From Spirochaetia bacterium (GTDB lineage: Bacteria > Spirochaetota > Spirochaetia > DSM-2461): DNA of 64,000 nt. The notes under the pieces were generated by a model. That model searched no databases and was not told the DNA's origin. It worked only from the letters and a program-made list of their open reading frames with translations. Each line of letters starts with the position of its first letter. Position 1 is the first letter of the stretch. The DNA is taken from assembly GCA_963668315.1 (NCBI GenBank), contig OY764216.1, forward strand, positions 1,984,001 to 2,048,000, given 5' to 3'. Below are positions 19,249 to 29,342 of this stretch, one piece after another. Made by a program: the position numbers and the translations under genes.

Positions 19249-19352
19249 GAGGCCCTATCCCCGATCATCATTATGGTTCACGATTATAAAGCCATCTTTG
19301 TCAGAATTCAAACACTTTTTTTCCGGGGAGATGTTTTCTCCCCGGTGCTGTC

Positions 19353-21155
19353 TCAGAGCAGTTTTCGAAAGTCCTCCACCAGGCGGGTAAAGTGCTTGAG
19401 CGCTTCCTCTACCGGTTCCGGACGGGACATATCCACTCCGGCGACTTTGAGTGATTCTATGGGGAACCGGCTTCCTCCGGATTTGAGAAAGCTCAGATAA
19501 TCCTCCCTTTCCCTGTCTCCCCCCTCAAGCACACGGCGGGAAAGGGCGACGGCGGCGGAGAGTCCTGTGGCATATTTATAGACATAGAAGGCGTTATAGA
19601 AATGGGGAATACGCAGTCCCTCCAGATCGCTCTCCGGCTCCAGGGTCATGGCGGGGCCGAAGTAGGCCTCCAGGAGTTTTCTGTATTCGCCCCTGAGGGA
19701 ATCCACCGTAAGGGGCTGTCCCGCCTCTACCATTTTGTGGGTGATGTCCTCGTATTCGGCGAACATGGTCTGCCGGAATATGGTGGCCACCGTATCGTCT
19801 ATCTGCTTTCCGATAAGGTAGGCTTTCATCTCTCTGGTCTCGGCCCTGTTTTTCAGCATCCAGTCCGCCAGGAGCTGTTCGTTGAACGTGGAGGCTACTT
19901 CCGCTTCGAAGATGGTGTAGTTGTAGTGCTGGAAGGGGTTGTTCCTGATCGAGTACCAGGAGTGCATGGAGTGCCCCCCCTCATGGGCCAGGGTAAAAAG
20001 ATGGCGGATATCGTCGTCCTTGTAATTCATAAGGATATAGGGCTTTCCCGGATAGGAACCGGCGGAGAAGGCTCCGGAGCGCTTCCCCTCATTCTCGTAA
20101 CGGTCCACCCAGTCTCCCAGAAGCCCCTCTCTCAGGGTCGATGTATACTCCTCTCCCAGGGGAGCGAGAGCCTGCGTTATCAATTCCACCGCCTCCTCGT
20201 AGGTATGGGTGGATTTCACATCTTTGACAAGGGAGGTATACACATCGTAATGACGGAGCGTATCCACGCCCAGCTTCTCCTTTTTCAGGGCGTAGTAGTC
20301 GTGAAGGGCGGGGAAGAACTGGTGAACCGAACTGACAAGGCTGTCGTAGACTTCACCGGGGACTTTATCGGGGTAGAGGGCTTTTTCCCGGGCGCTGCCG
20401 TAACCCCGTACGCGGGCATTGAACACGTCTTTCTGAACGCTGCCGCCGTAAAGCTCCGACAGGGTGTGGGCGTGTCCCTCGAATACGGCGTAGAACTGCT
20501 TGTAGCCCTTCTCCCGAACCTTCCTGTCCTGGTCGGTCATGACCATGCCGTAGGTCGTATTGGTAAGGGGGACCGTGCCGCTGCTGGTTTCCACCTCGCC
20601 GAATTTCATATCCACGTTGGTCAGGGCCGAGAAGGCTTTCTGAGCCGTCTGGGTGAACTCCGCCTGCTGGGCAAGAAGGGCTTCCTCCTTTTCCGAAAGG
20701 GTATAGTCCTTGAAACGGAGCAGTTTGTTCAGGTATATGGTGTATTCACCGAGGACGGGATCGGCCAGAAAGGATTTCATTTTCCCGTCGTCTATGGCCT
20801 GAATCTCGGGGGAGATCCAGCTTGCCTGGGCGGCCAGCTTGGTGGCCGCCGATACGTAGCGGCTGAACCGTCCCTGGGATTCGCTGTTTCCCACGTTCTC
20901 TTCCCGGCGCAGCATGGTGTAGTAGCCCAGCCGTTCATCCAGGAGATCCACCGTTTGAATGGTCAGATCAAGACAGGCTTTCAGCTGTTCCGCCGAATCG
21001 GACAGGGTTCCTTTGAAAAGGTTTATCTCCGGTATGTATCCTTCCAGTTTTTTCAGATCCTCTTCCCATGCTTCGGGTGTGGTATAGAGGGCGGATAGAT
21101 TCCATTTATGCTCTTCCGGTATGTCTTCCCTTTGGGGGATTGCCGCTGATGCCAT
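19353..21155 (-). CDS. pepF: oligoendopeptidase F (M3B)
   Basis: GKRSGAFS, HEGGHSMH, AEVAST, YVYKYATG. Confidence 0.95.
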   Translation of the reverse strand: MASAAIPQREDIPEEHKWNLSALYTTPEAWEEDLKKLEGYIPEINLFKGTLSDSAEQLKACLDLTIQTVDLLDERLGYYTMLRREENVGNSESQGRFSRYVSAATKLAAQASWISPEIQAIDDGKMKSFLADPVLGEYTIYLNKLLRFKDYTLSEKEEALLAQQAEFTQTAQKAFSALTNVDMKFGEVETSSGTVPLTNTTYGMVMTDQDRKVREKGYKQFYAVFEGHAHTLSELYGGSVQKDVFNARVRGYGSAREKALYPDKVPGEVYDSLVSSVHQFFPALHDYYALKKEKLGVDTLRHYDVYTSLVKDVKSTHTYEEAVELITQALAPLGEEYTSTLREGLLGDWVDRYENEGKRSGAFSAGSYPGKPYILMNYKDDDIRHLFTLAHEGGHSMHSWYSIRNNPFQHYNYTIFEAEVASTFNEQLLADWMLKNRAETREMKAYLIGKQIDDTVATIFRQTMFAEYEDITHKMVEAGQPLTVDSLRGEYRKLLEAYFGPAMTLEPESDLEGLRIPHFYNAFYVYKYATGLSAAVALSRRVLEGGDREREDYLSFLKSGGSRFPIESLKVAGVDMSRPEPVEEALKHFTRLVEDFRKLL

Positions 21156-21294
21156 GTCGTTCTCCTCATCTTTTTGCGTTTATGTTACTGTAATTTATCA
21201 ATTTTTCCCCCCGGGGGCAACTTTTCCCGAAAAAATGCCCCATTTTTCCCTCTTTCGTTTACACTGAAGGGGTAATTAAGACAAAGGAGACTAA

Positions 21295-22038
21295 ATGGAT
21301 ACTATCGGAATAATAGGAGCCATGGACGAAGAAATAGAATATCTCAGGAATCTGTACGGCGCCGATGATTCTTTTGAGAGGGGTGGCTGTGTTTTCCACA
21401 TAGGAAAGCAGGGCAGATTCCGCATTGTGATTCTGAAGAGCGGCATCGGCAAGGTTAACGCCGCCATTGGCACGACCCTTCTCATCTCCCGGTACGATCC
21501 CATGTGCGTGATCAATACCGGTTCCGCCGGCGCCGTGGACAAAGATCTGAACGTGGGCGATGTCATCATATCCAACGAAACCAAGCATCACGATGTGGAC
21601 GTGACTTCCTTCGGCTATGCCCTGGGTCAGGTCCCCCAGATGCCCGACGCCTTCCTCCCCCACGAAGTTCTGGTGGAAATGGCCACCGACACGGCTGCGG
21701 ATATGGGCCATTTGTGCGTCAGGAAGGGAGGGGTGATCACCGGAGACAGTTTTATCAACGACAGCGGCAAGATCGACACTCTCAGAAAGAATTTTCCCAC
21801 CGCCGCAGCGGCGGAAATGGAAGCCGCCGCCATTGCCCAGACATGCCATCAGTTCAAGAAACCCTGCGTCATCATACGATCCATCTCCGATAAGGCCGAC
21901 GGCAACGCCTCGGTCTCCTTTGAGGAGTTCCTCGAAACGGCGGCGGAGAATTCCGCCCAGATGGTATGCGGCATCGTTTCCCGCCTGGAACAGTATGTCC
22001 CCGACAAGGAGAAGAGCCGCCAGTCCTCTCTGTTCTGA
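21295..22038 (+). CDS. mtnN: 5'-methylthioadenosine/S-adenosylhomocysteine nucleosidase
   Basis: GIIGAMDEE, SGIGKVNAA, EMEAAA, RSISD. Confidence 0.95.
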   Translation: MDTIGIIGAMDEEIEYLRNLYGADDSFERGGCVFHIGKQGRFRIVILKSGIGKVNAAIGTTLLISRYDPMCVINTGSAGAVDKDLNVGDVIISNETKHHDVDVTSFGYALGQVPQMPDAFLPHEVLVEMATDTAADMGHLCVRKGGVITGDSFINDSGKIDTLRKNFPTAAAAEMEAAAIAQTCHQFKKPCVIIRSISDKADGNASVSFEEFLETAAENSAQMVCGIVSRLEQYVPDKEKSRQSSLF

Positions 22039-22040
22039 GG

Positions 22041-23402
22041 TCAGGAGCCGGAGCGGAGGAAGATGATTTTGATTGTCCTCAGAATGATGGTGATATCAAG
22101 AAGAGGGGTATAGTGGAAGACATACCATAAATCGTATTTTATCTTCTCCTCCGCATCGGTGTAGTAATCCCCGTGCACCTGGGCAAGTCCGGTGATGCCC
22201 GGGAGAATGGAAAACCGTTCCTTATACCAGAGGTTCGTATCCAGCCCCTCTTCTACTTCCCTTTCCACCAGGGGGCGGGGGCCGATGAAGGACATATCCC
22301 CCTTGATAATATTGAAGAGCTGGGGCAGCTCATCCAGCCGCGTCTTTCTGAGAATCCGGCCGAGGGGGGTGATTCTTTTATCCTCCTTACCCTGGGCCTG
22401 GTAGACTTTTTTCTCGAACTCTCTGTACATGGTCCGGAATTTATAGATGGTGAAAAGCTCCTGGTTCCTGCCTACGCGGCTCTGGCGGAAAACGGCCGGC
22501 CCTAGGGACGTGGCAACCACGAGCAGGGCGATCAAGCCCATGAGAGGAAGAAGGAGGACGGTGAGGATCAGAGAGGCGATCACATCGATTCCCCTTTTCA
22601 GAAAGAAAAGATTCTGGGTCGATTTGTTGATGCGTATCAGGGGAATATCCCCTATGCGGATATACTGGGGCGCGGCGAGTAGAATCTCGTAGTTGGAAGG
22701 CGTGGCGTAAAGACGGGTGTTCGCATAGACGGAGTACTGAATGTTTCGGAGGATAAGCTCCTTCTCTTCGCTGCTGTCCGAAGCGATGAACAGGGAGCTG
22801 ATCTCCCTCTCCCTGATGATCTTGTTGATCTCCCTATAGCTTCCCAGAACGGGATAACTGCTGCGGGTTTCTCTCTCTCCGTCGGGAGTTATCAGGCCTT
22901 CCACAAGAATCTTGAAGGTTTTGAACTGTCCGATGGCATCGAAAAATTTCTGGTTTTTCCGGGGATCACCGGCGATGATGACACGGAAATCGATCTTTTT
23001 CAGCTGGCCGATTCTCCATGACTTATAGATAAGGAGTAGGAGTGTGTTGAGAATCAGATGGATGATAATGAGCGACCGGGGAATGGTTTTCACTTTGAAA
23101 AAATAGAAAATCATCAGCATCCAGAAAAAAACAACCGCCATGGCAAGAAGGGCGCGAAAGAAAATCTGCGTTCTGGAAATATTGATGTGTTCTTCATAAA
23201 TCCCCGTTACATAGAGCGAAATGATATAAGGGGGGAGGGCGCTTAGTATGACGATAAGCTGTGGCAGGGAGAAACTGTAGTCCAGAGTCCTGGTGAAAAT
23301 CAGAAGAGGGGATAGGGCGCGCAGGTTAATGGTGACATACAGGGAAAGTAAAAACAGGCAGATATCGATTAAAACGTTGGGTATCCGGCGGATATGCTTC
23401 AT
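22041..23402 (-). CDS. polyprenyl glycosylphosphotransferase (WcaJ/WbaP-like sugar transferase)
   Basis: KRGIDV, KFRTM, RLDELPQLFN, GDMSFIGPRP, PGITGLAQV. Confidence 0.92.
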   Translation of the reverse strand: MKHIRRIPNVLIDICLFLLSLYVTINLRALSPLLIFTRTLDYSFSLPQLIVILSALPPYIISLYVTGIYEEHINISRTQIFFRALLAMAVVFFWMLMIFYFFKVKTIPRSLIIIHLILNTLLLLIYKSWRIGQLKKIDFRVIIAGDPRKNQKFFDAIGQFKTFKILVEGLITPDGERETRSSYPVLGSYREINKIIREREISSLFIASDSSEEKELILRNIQYSVYANTRLYATPSNYEILLAAPQYIRIGDIPLIRINKSTQNLFFLKRGIDVIASLILTVLLLPLMGLIALLVVATSLGPAVFRQSRVGRNQELFTIYKFRTMYREFEKKVYQAQGKEDKRITPLGRILRKTRLDELPQLFNIIKGDMSFIGPRPLVEREVEEGLDTNLWYKERFSILPGITGLAQVHGDYYTDAEEKIKYDLWYVFHYTPLLDITIILRTIKIIFLRSGS

Positions 23403-23507
23403 CCCCTCATTATTTAAGATACAAAGGGACTTGTCAATCAAAATCATCCTCTGCAAATTCCCCGCATTTCCCTGACAGGGGAGGGGAACTCGTGTATATT
23501 GTTTCCT

Positions 23508-26500
23508 ATGAACAAGTGGATGATCGGAATTATTGTCTGTTTCGTCCTTCTCGGATGCAGCCGGGAAGAGTCACGTCTTACCGGAGAAGCGGTTGATGCC
23601 TATGAGCAGCTCTCCCTGTCCGGACCTGCCCCGAGCTGGGGAGAAGACGATCCTTTTTCCCTTTCGGTGAACTATTTCTCCTCCGCACCCGGGGGAAGAG
23701 ACGGGGAAGGGGTATACGAATCGGACGAACCTATGGAGGTGGCCGACCGGGGGCCGGAAGGAGCTCTTCCCGAAGAGAACGGCCGTCCCGTTATTTACGC
23801 CGCCCTGACACAGCCGGCGGTGCCCCTGAGTCGTCTGGGCGCCGTGCTCACCGATTATCCCTATCTGGAAATTGACCCGCCCGCGGAAGGCGTCTACCGC
23901 TGGTACGGCTCGCGGCTCATCAGTTTTGAACCGTCGGAAAAACTCCTGAGCGAACAGGAGTACCGTGTGACGGTTAAGAAGGGCCTCCCCTCCCTGGGGG
24001 GGAAAACCCTCTCCCGGGATGTGACCTTCTCCTTTTTTACCGAACCTCTGGGCGTAACGGCCTTCTATCCCGGTACGCCCGGGGATCCCTGGCAGGGCGA
24101 TCTGGAGGAGATTCCCCCGGAAGCGGCCCGGAGAATCACCGTCTGCTTCAACCATGATATCGACCCCGAAGTGGTGACGTCCTACCTCAAGGTCAGTTCC
24201 CGCCTGGGAGACCATGGCTACACGGCTTCCCGGCCGGAGGGAGAGGACCTTCCCCCCTCCTTTATAAACCGCACCCTGGTCCTGACCCTGGATGAGCTTC
24301 CCGAAACGGGGGACCGGGTCATCCTCTCCCTGCCGGAAGGCTCCCGATCACGTGAGGGGGGTACGGGCCTTGGCGAGGAGATAAGCCGGTCCTTTACCAC
24401 CCTTTCCCCCTTCCGCTATGTCGAGTCCGACGACTACAACTGGCGTTTTCCCCGGGAAGGGGACGGCGATGTTCATCCGGTTTACCTGGAATTTTCCCAT
24501 CCCGTTGATCCGGAGAGCGTCCTCGATAATCTGGATGTCTCCCTGGAGGTGGAGGATCTTGCTCCCCATATCATGGTCTGGGACAAGTACGTCCGCCTGA
24601 ACAGCCTTCCCATTGAGTACGATTCTACCTATGAGATAACCCTGAAAGAGGGGCTTCGGGATATCTACGGCCGTGATCTGGGCGGTCCCCGAAGGCTGAC
24701 CGTTGAGACGGGACCGGCCGGCAGTTACTACTATCTGCCCCATCAGGGCTTCCGTTTTCTGGAATCCCGGTTTGATCCCCGGGTCGTTCTGGAATACCAG
24801 AACCTTAAAGGGGGAAAGTGGAAGGCCGAGAGGACCGATGATCCCTATAGGGCCATTCCCGAAGAGCGGGTGGACTGGGCCTTTGATCTCTCCGCTCAGG
24901 AACGGAACCGGCGGGAATTTTCCATGGTAGACCTGAAGCCCTATCTTAATGCTGATGGCAAGGGCTTCGTGGCCCTGGCCTGGCTGCTGGAGGAGCAGAA
25001 CCGCCGCTGGGGCCCCTACCAGAATAATCTGGTCCTTCAGGTTACCGATCTGGGCGTGACCATGCGCTATGCCTACAACAAAGTGATTGTCTGGGTTAAT
25101 TCCCTGACGGACGATTCTCCGGCGGCGGGAGCGGAAGTACGGCTGTGCTACGATACCCGCACCGTGCTGACGGGAGAGACCGACGGGGAGGGAATGGCCG
25201 TTTTTGACCTGGTGGAGGGGCAGTTCGTCGACTCCTTCTATGACAGCCGGGGACAGAGCCATTTCCGCGCCGACGTGACCTACGCCTCGGACAGGGCCGT
25301 CTTCGTTCCCAACGAAAGCCACAGTCCCTATCAGTTCGGCCTCTGGAACCTGTACTCGGTCAACCGTGTGGAGGAACCTCGCCCCTTTACCTTCCTCTTC
25401 TGCGACCGGGGTCTCTACAAGCCGGGGGAGACGGTTACGTTCAAGGGGATCGACCGGAATCTGGTACTGGGCAGGTGGGAACCCTATACCGGCTCCTATC
25501 AGCTGACCGTCAGGGAGAACAAATGGCGCAGCCAGAGCGTTGTCAGTTCCGGAGGGACGGCGGGAGAGAGGGGATCCTTTCACGGATCATTCACGATTCC
25601 CGAAGATCTTCCCACGGGGGATTACCTCATGGAATACACCCGCCAGTCCGGTTCCGGGAGCGGATATGTGATCAGAAGCATTCCCCTCAAGGTGGAAGAG
25701 TTCCGCAGGGCCGGCTTTCAGGTCGGGGTGGAACCTCCCCTGGCCGAAGCCCTTCCCGGGGAGAAAATCACCTTTCCCGTGACCGCCTCCTATCTGTCGG
25801 GAGGCGCCCTGGCAGGGGCGTCCTACCGGGCGGACTGGACCCGGGAGCCGATCAATTTCGATCCGGGAGAAGGGGATGGCAAGGAAGATTTCGACGGCTA
25901 TGTTTTCGGACCGCGTGGATGGGAGAACGACAGCTATCTCGGTTCATCCGAAGGGTATCTGGATTCGAGCGGACAGGCCCTGCTGAGCCGGACCCTGGAG
26001 AAGGATAACGAATCGGGGCGGACCTATATCTATCGGGTGGAAGCCCTTGTGGAAGACCCCTCCCGCCAGGAGATTGCCGGAAGGGGATTCACCGTTGTCC
26101 ACCCCGCTTCCTGGTACATCGGATCCCGCGTGAAGAACAGCAGGAACTCCTGGTGGACCCGTTTTGTCGCTTCGGGGGAATCATCCACGGCGGATTTCAT
26201 TCTGGTGACGCCCGAAGGGAAAGTCCTCTCAAACGGAACGGAACTGAGCGTCACCCTGGTGAGGAAGGAGTGGAAGGTCGCCCGGCAGCGGAGTATTTCC
26301 GGAAGGATCAGCAACAACTGGGAGCTGGAGACGGTTCCCGTTCTGGAAGATAAAATCACCATGGAAGGGGGAAAGGCCTCGTGGGGTTTTATCCCCGACA
26401 GGGCGGGATATTACGTCCTATCCGCACGGGCCGTGGATGATCAGGGCCGGACGGCCCTTACCGAGATGGACCTGTACGCTTCCGGATCGGAGTGGGTGAA

Positions 26501-29342
26501 GTGGCAGAACAGAAATCCGGAGAACATCGAGCTGGTCACCGATCGGGATATGTACCGTCCCGGCGACACGGCCCGTATCATGGTGCAGTCCCCCCTGGAG
26601 AAGGGGCGCTACCTTCTGGCCATCGAGCGGGAGGGGATTCTGGAAGAGCGGATTCTCGATCTGGAAGGCTCCGCCTCGGTCATCGACATTCCCGTCAAGG
26701 AGGAGTGGTGCCCCGTCATGTACGTCTCTCTGACCAGTTTCACCGCCCGTACCGAAGCTCCCCCCGCCGTTTACGGCGAGCCGGATCTGGGAAAGCCGAG
26801 GGGCTGTTTCGGCCTGGCCGTTCTGCCCGTCTCCACCGATATCAAAGCGCTGGACGTGGACGTTACCCTGGATAAGGGGCTTTACGGCCCGGGAGATAAA
26901 GCCGAAGCGGTGGTCACCGTAAGGAACGGGGGCAGACCGGTGGAAAATGCCGAAGTGACCCTACTGGCCGTGGACCGGGGCGTTCTGGATCTGATCAATT
27001 ACCACGTGCCCGATCCGGTGGCCTACTTTTACGACCGGGACAATTATACCTACGGCGTTCACGGGGGTGATTCCCGGGCGCTGCTGATCGATCCGGTTAC
27101 CTACGAAAGGGAGGACCTGTACGGAGGCGACGGGGATGAGCCGGACAAGATGGGCCGGCGCAGGGACTTCTCGCCCCTGGCCGTCTTCGAGCCGGGACTG
27201 ATTACCGATGAGAAGGGACAGGTCCGGGCCGAATTCACTCTGCCCGATTCACTCACCACCTACCGCATGACCGCCCTGGTTGTCGACGGGGACCGTTACG
27301 GCCGGACCGAAGAGGAGATAGCCGTGCAGAACCCCCTGACGGTGAAAACGGCCATTCCACCTCTTCTGAGGGTCAGGGATACGGCCTTCTGCGGGATCTT
27401 TGTAACAAATCTGACCGATGAAGCGGTTAAGGTGACGGCGGAAGTGGAAATTGACGAGTCTCTGGTCACTGTGAACGGCGTGAAAACCCGGGAAATATCG
27501 GTAAAACCGGGAGCGACCGAAGAGATACGCTTTCCCCTTCAGGCTCTGGCTGAAGGGAGTGTCACCGCGGCCTTCACCGTCCGTTCGTCCCTAATGAGCG
27601 AAGTGGTGGAGCAGACTTTTGCGGTGGACCAGCCCCTGGTGGATGAAGCTTTTACCGTCACAGGGGAAGTGGCGGTTGAGGACGGAACGGCCCGGGCCGG
27701 AGAAGGGCTGGTGATACCCTCGGATATCGCCGGGGGATACGGTTCCCTGAGGCTCTCCCTGGCGTCCTCCCGCTTTGCCAACCTGACCGGGACCTTCGAT
27801 TACTTCGCCGATTATCCCTATGACCTGACCCTGGACAACAAGCTGGTCAGGGTGATCCCCCGGCTCCTCCTGGGAGACCGGCTCAAGGAGATCCATCCCT
27901 CACTCTGGAAGGAAGACAGCCTTGAGAAATTCTACCGGGAAGCCGCCGCCTGCCAGGACAGCGACGGGGGCATCAAGTTTACTTCCGGCGTCCGGTCCCG
28001 TCCTTCGGTCTGGCTCTCTATCCGTCTGCTCCATTACCTCTCCCGGCCCGCCGCCCGGGGAGAGGATTTCGGGAATCTGAACCTGGAAAGTCTGGCCGGG
28101 TACGTCAGGGAGAAGTGTTATGACGAGGATGTCTCACTGTCCCTTCGTATGTACGGACATTACGCCCTTTCCCTTATTTACGGCCCGAAATGGGAGAGCA
28201 AGGGGGTTATCTATCTGGTGGAGAAGGAGAAGGATAATCTGGGGCTGACCGGATTTCTCATGGCCGCCATGTCCCTGGATCTTAACGATTCCAAGGGGCG
28301 TGAGACCTACCGGATGCTGGGAGAGAGAATCGCCAATCTGACGAAGGCGGGCACTCAGACCCTGGATATCATCGATACCTATGAGGGGCGTTCCTATTTC
28401 GACTCGCAGATACAGGACCTGGCCCTGCTTACCCGGTTCTATTCGCAGTTTGAGGATAAGCCGTCCCTGGCCCGCCTGGCAGCGGCGACCCTTGTCAGCC
28501 GCCAGAATTACGGCCGCTGGGAAAGGCTGAACGATACGATGTGGGCCTTTTCCGCTCTGGCCGACGATATTCTTGCTTCCCCCGGGGACGGGACCGATTT
28601 GAGCCTGGCCGTTACCGCCGGGGACGCCTCTCTCTTTGACGCGAGACTCACCGGTTTCTCCCTGGACACGGAGGAGTGGGAAGGCTCGCTCTTTGAGGCC
28701 CCTCTGGCGGATCTGCCGAGGGACACGCTGCAGTCCCTGGCCATTGAGGCCCGGGGAATGGGAACCGCCTATTACACGGCCCGTCTGAATTATGCCCTGC
28801 CCATGGAAGTCATCGGGCCAAGGGATGAAGGTCTTTCCCTCTATACGGTCATCGAAGATCTGGAGGGAAAAGAGATCAAGGCCGATGAATTGAAACTGGG
28901 CGAGACCTACCGGATGCGGGCGGTCCTTTCCAGCAGCAAGAGGCGGAATATGGTCGCCCTGAATATCCCCGTACCCTCCGGTACGGAGATTCTCAATGCC
29001 TCCTTCGATACCACCGGCTCCTACGCCGGTGGGGGGGGCATCGATTCGGAAGGCTGGAGCCGGGAGGACGAATACGGGGAGGAGACGACCTACGACTCCG
29101 AAGGGTACGGTTTTTTCCGGAGCGACGGATTTTACTACCACGCCTTTCCCGCGGAAAAACGGATAGGGAAAAACGGGGTATCCTACGGCTTCAGCGATTT
29201 CTATCCGGGGCGGCGGGAAGTGAGCTTCCTCTTCCGCACCTACTGTCCGGGCGTCTATCCCGTTCCCCCCGCCCGGGCGGAGTGTCTCTACGAGGAGGAA
29301 GTATTCGGCCGGTCCGGCGGGGGACTCTATGTTATCCGCTAG
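23508..29342 (+). CDS. bacterial alpha-2-macroglobulin family lipoprotein
   Basis: Lipobox LLGC; DRGLYKPGE, VEEFR, LLAVDRGVL, LPDSLTTYR, C-terminal PARAECLY; adjacent to pbpC. Confidence 0.92.
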   Translation: MNKWMIGIIVCFVLLGCSREESRLTGEAVDAYEQLSLSGPAPSWGEDDPFSLSVNYFSSAPGGRDGEGVYESDEPMEVADRGPEGALPEENGRPVIYAALTQPAVPLSRLGAVLTDYPYLEIDPPAEGVYRWYGSRLISFEPSEKLLSEQEYRVTVKKGLPSLGGKTLSRDVTFSFFTEPLGVTAFYPGTPGDPWQGDLEEIPPEAARRITVCFNHDIDPEVVTSYLKVSSRLGDHGYTASRPEGEDLPPSFINRTLVLTLDELPETGDRVILSLPEGSRSREGGTGLGEEISRSFTTLSPFRYVESDDYNWRFPREGDGDVHPVYLEFSHPVDPESVLDNLDVSLEVEDLAPHIMVWDKYVRLNSLPIEYDSTYEITLKEGLRDIYGRDLGGPRRLTVETGPAGSYYYLPHQGFRFLESRFDPRVVLEYQNLKGGKWKAERTDDPYRAIPEERVDWAFDLSAQERNRREFSMVDLKPYLNADGKGFVALAWLLEEQNRRWGPYQNNLVLQVTDLGVTMRYAYNKVIVWVNSLTDDSPAAGAEVRLCYDTRTVLTGETDGEGMAVFDLVEGQFVDSFYDSRGQSHFRADVTYASDRAVFVPNESHSPYQFGLWNLYSVNRVEEPRPFTFLFCDRGLYKPGETVTFKGIDRNLVLGRWEPYTGSYQLTVRENKWRSQSVVSSGGTAGERGSFHGSFTIPEDLPTGDYLMEYTRQSGSGSGYVIRSIPLKVEEFRRAGFQVGVEPPLAEALPGEKITFPVTASYLSGGALAGASYRADWTREPINFDPGEGDGKEDFDGYVFGPRGWENDSYLGSSEGYLDSSGQALLSRTLEKDNESGRTYIYRVEALVEDPSRQEIAGRGFTVVHPASWYIGSRVKNSRNSWWTRFVASGESSTADFILVTPEGKVLSNGTELSVTLVRKEWKVARQRSISGRISNNWELETVPVLEDKITMEGGKASWGFIPDRAGYYVLSARAVDDQGRTALTEMDLYASGSEWVKWQNRNPENIELVTDRDMYRPGDTARIMVQSPLEKGRYLLAIEREGILEERILDLEGSASVIDIPVKEEWCPVMYVSLTSFTARTEAPPAVYGEPDLGKPRGCFGLAVLPVSTDIKALDVDVTLDKGLYGPGDKAEAVVTVRNGGRPVENAEVTLLAVDRGVLDLINYHVPDPVAYFYDRDNYTYGVHGGDSRALLIDPVTYEREDLYGGDGDEPDKMGRRRDFSPLAVFEPGLITDEKGQVRAEFTLPDSLTTYRMTALVVDGDRYGRTEEEIAVQNPLTVKTAIPPLLRVRDTAFCGIFVTNLTDEAVKVTAEVEIDESLVTVNGVKTREISVKPGATEEIRFPLQALAEGSVTAAFTVRSSLMSEVVEQTFAVDQPLVDEAFTVTGEVAVEDGTARAGEGLVIPSDIAGGYGSLRLSLASSRFANLTGTFDYFADYPYDLTLDNKLVRVIPRLLLGDRLKEIHPSLWKEDSLEKFYREAAACQDSDGGIKFTSGVRSRPSVWLSIRLLHYLSRPAARGEDFGNLNLESLAGYVREKCYDEDVSLSLRMYGHYALSLIYGPKWESKGVIYLVEKEKDNLGLTGFLMAAMSLDLNDSKGRETYRMLGERIANLTKAGTQTLDIIDTYEGRSYFDSQIQDLALLTRFYSQFEDKPSLARLAAATLVSRQNYGRWERLNDTMWAFSALADDILASPGDGTDLSLAVTAGDASLFDARLTGFSLDTEEWEGSLFEAPLADLPRDTLQSLAIEARGMGTAYYTARLNYALPMEVIGPRDEGLSLYTVIEDLEGKEIKADELKLGETYRMRAVLSSSKRRNMVALNIPVPSGTEILNASFDTTGSYAGGGGIDSEGWSREDEYGEETTYDSEGYGFFRSDGFYYHAFPAEKRIGKNGVSYGFSDFYPGRREVSFLFRTYCPGVYPVPPARAECLYEEEVFGRSGGGLYVIR

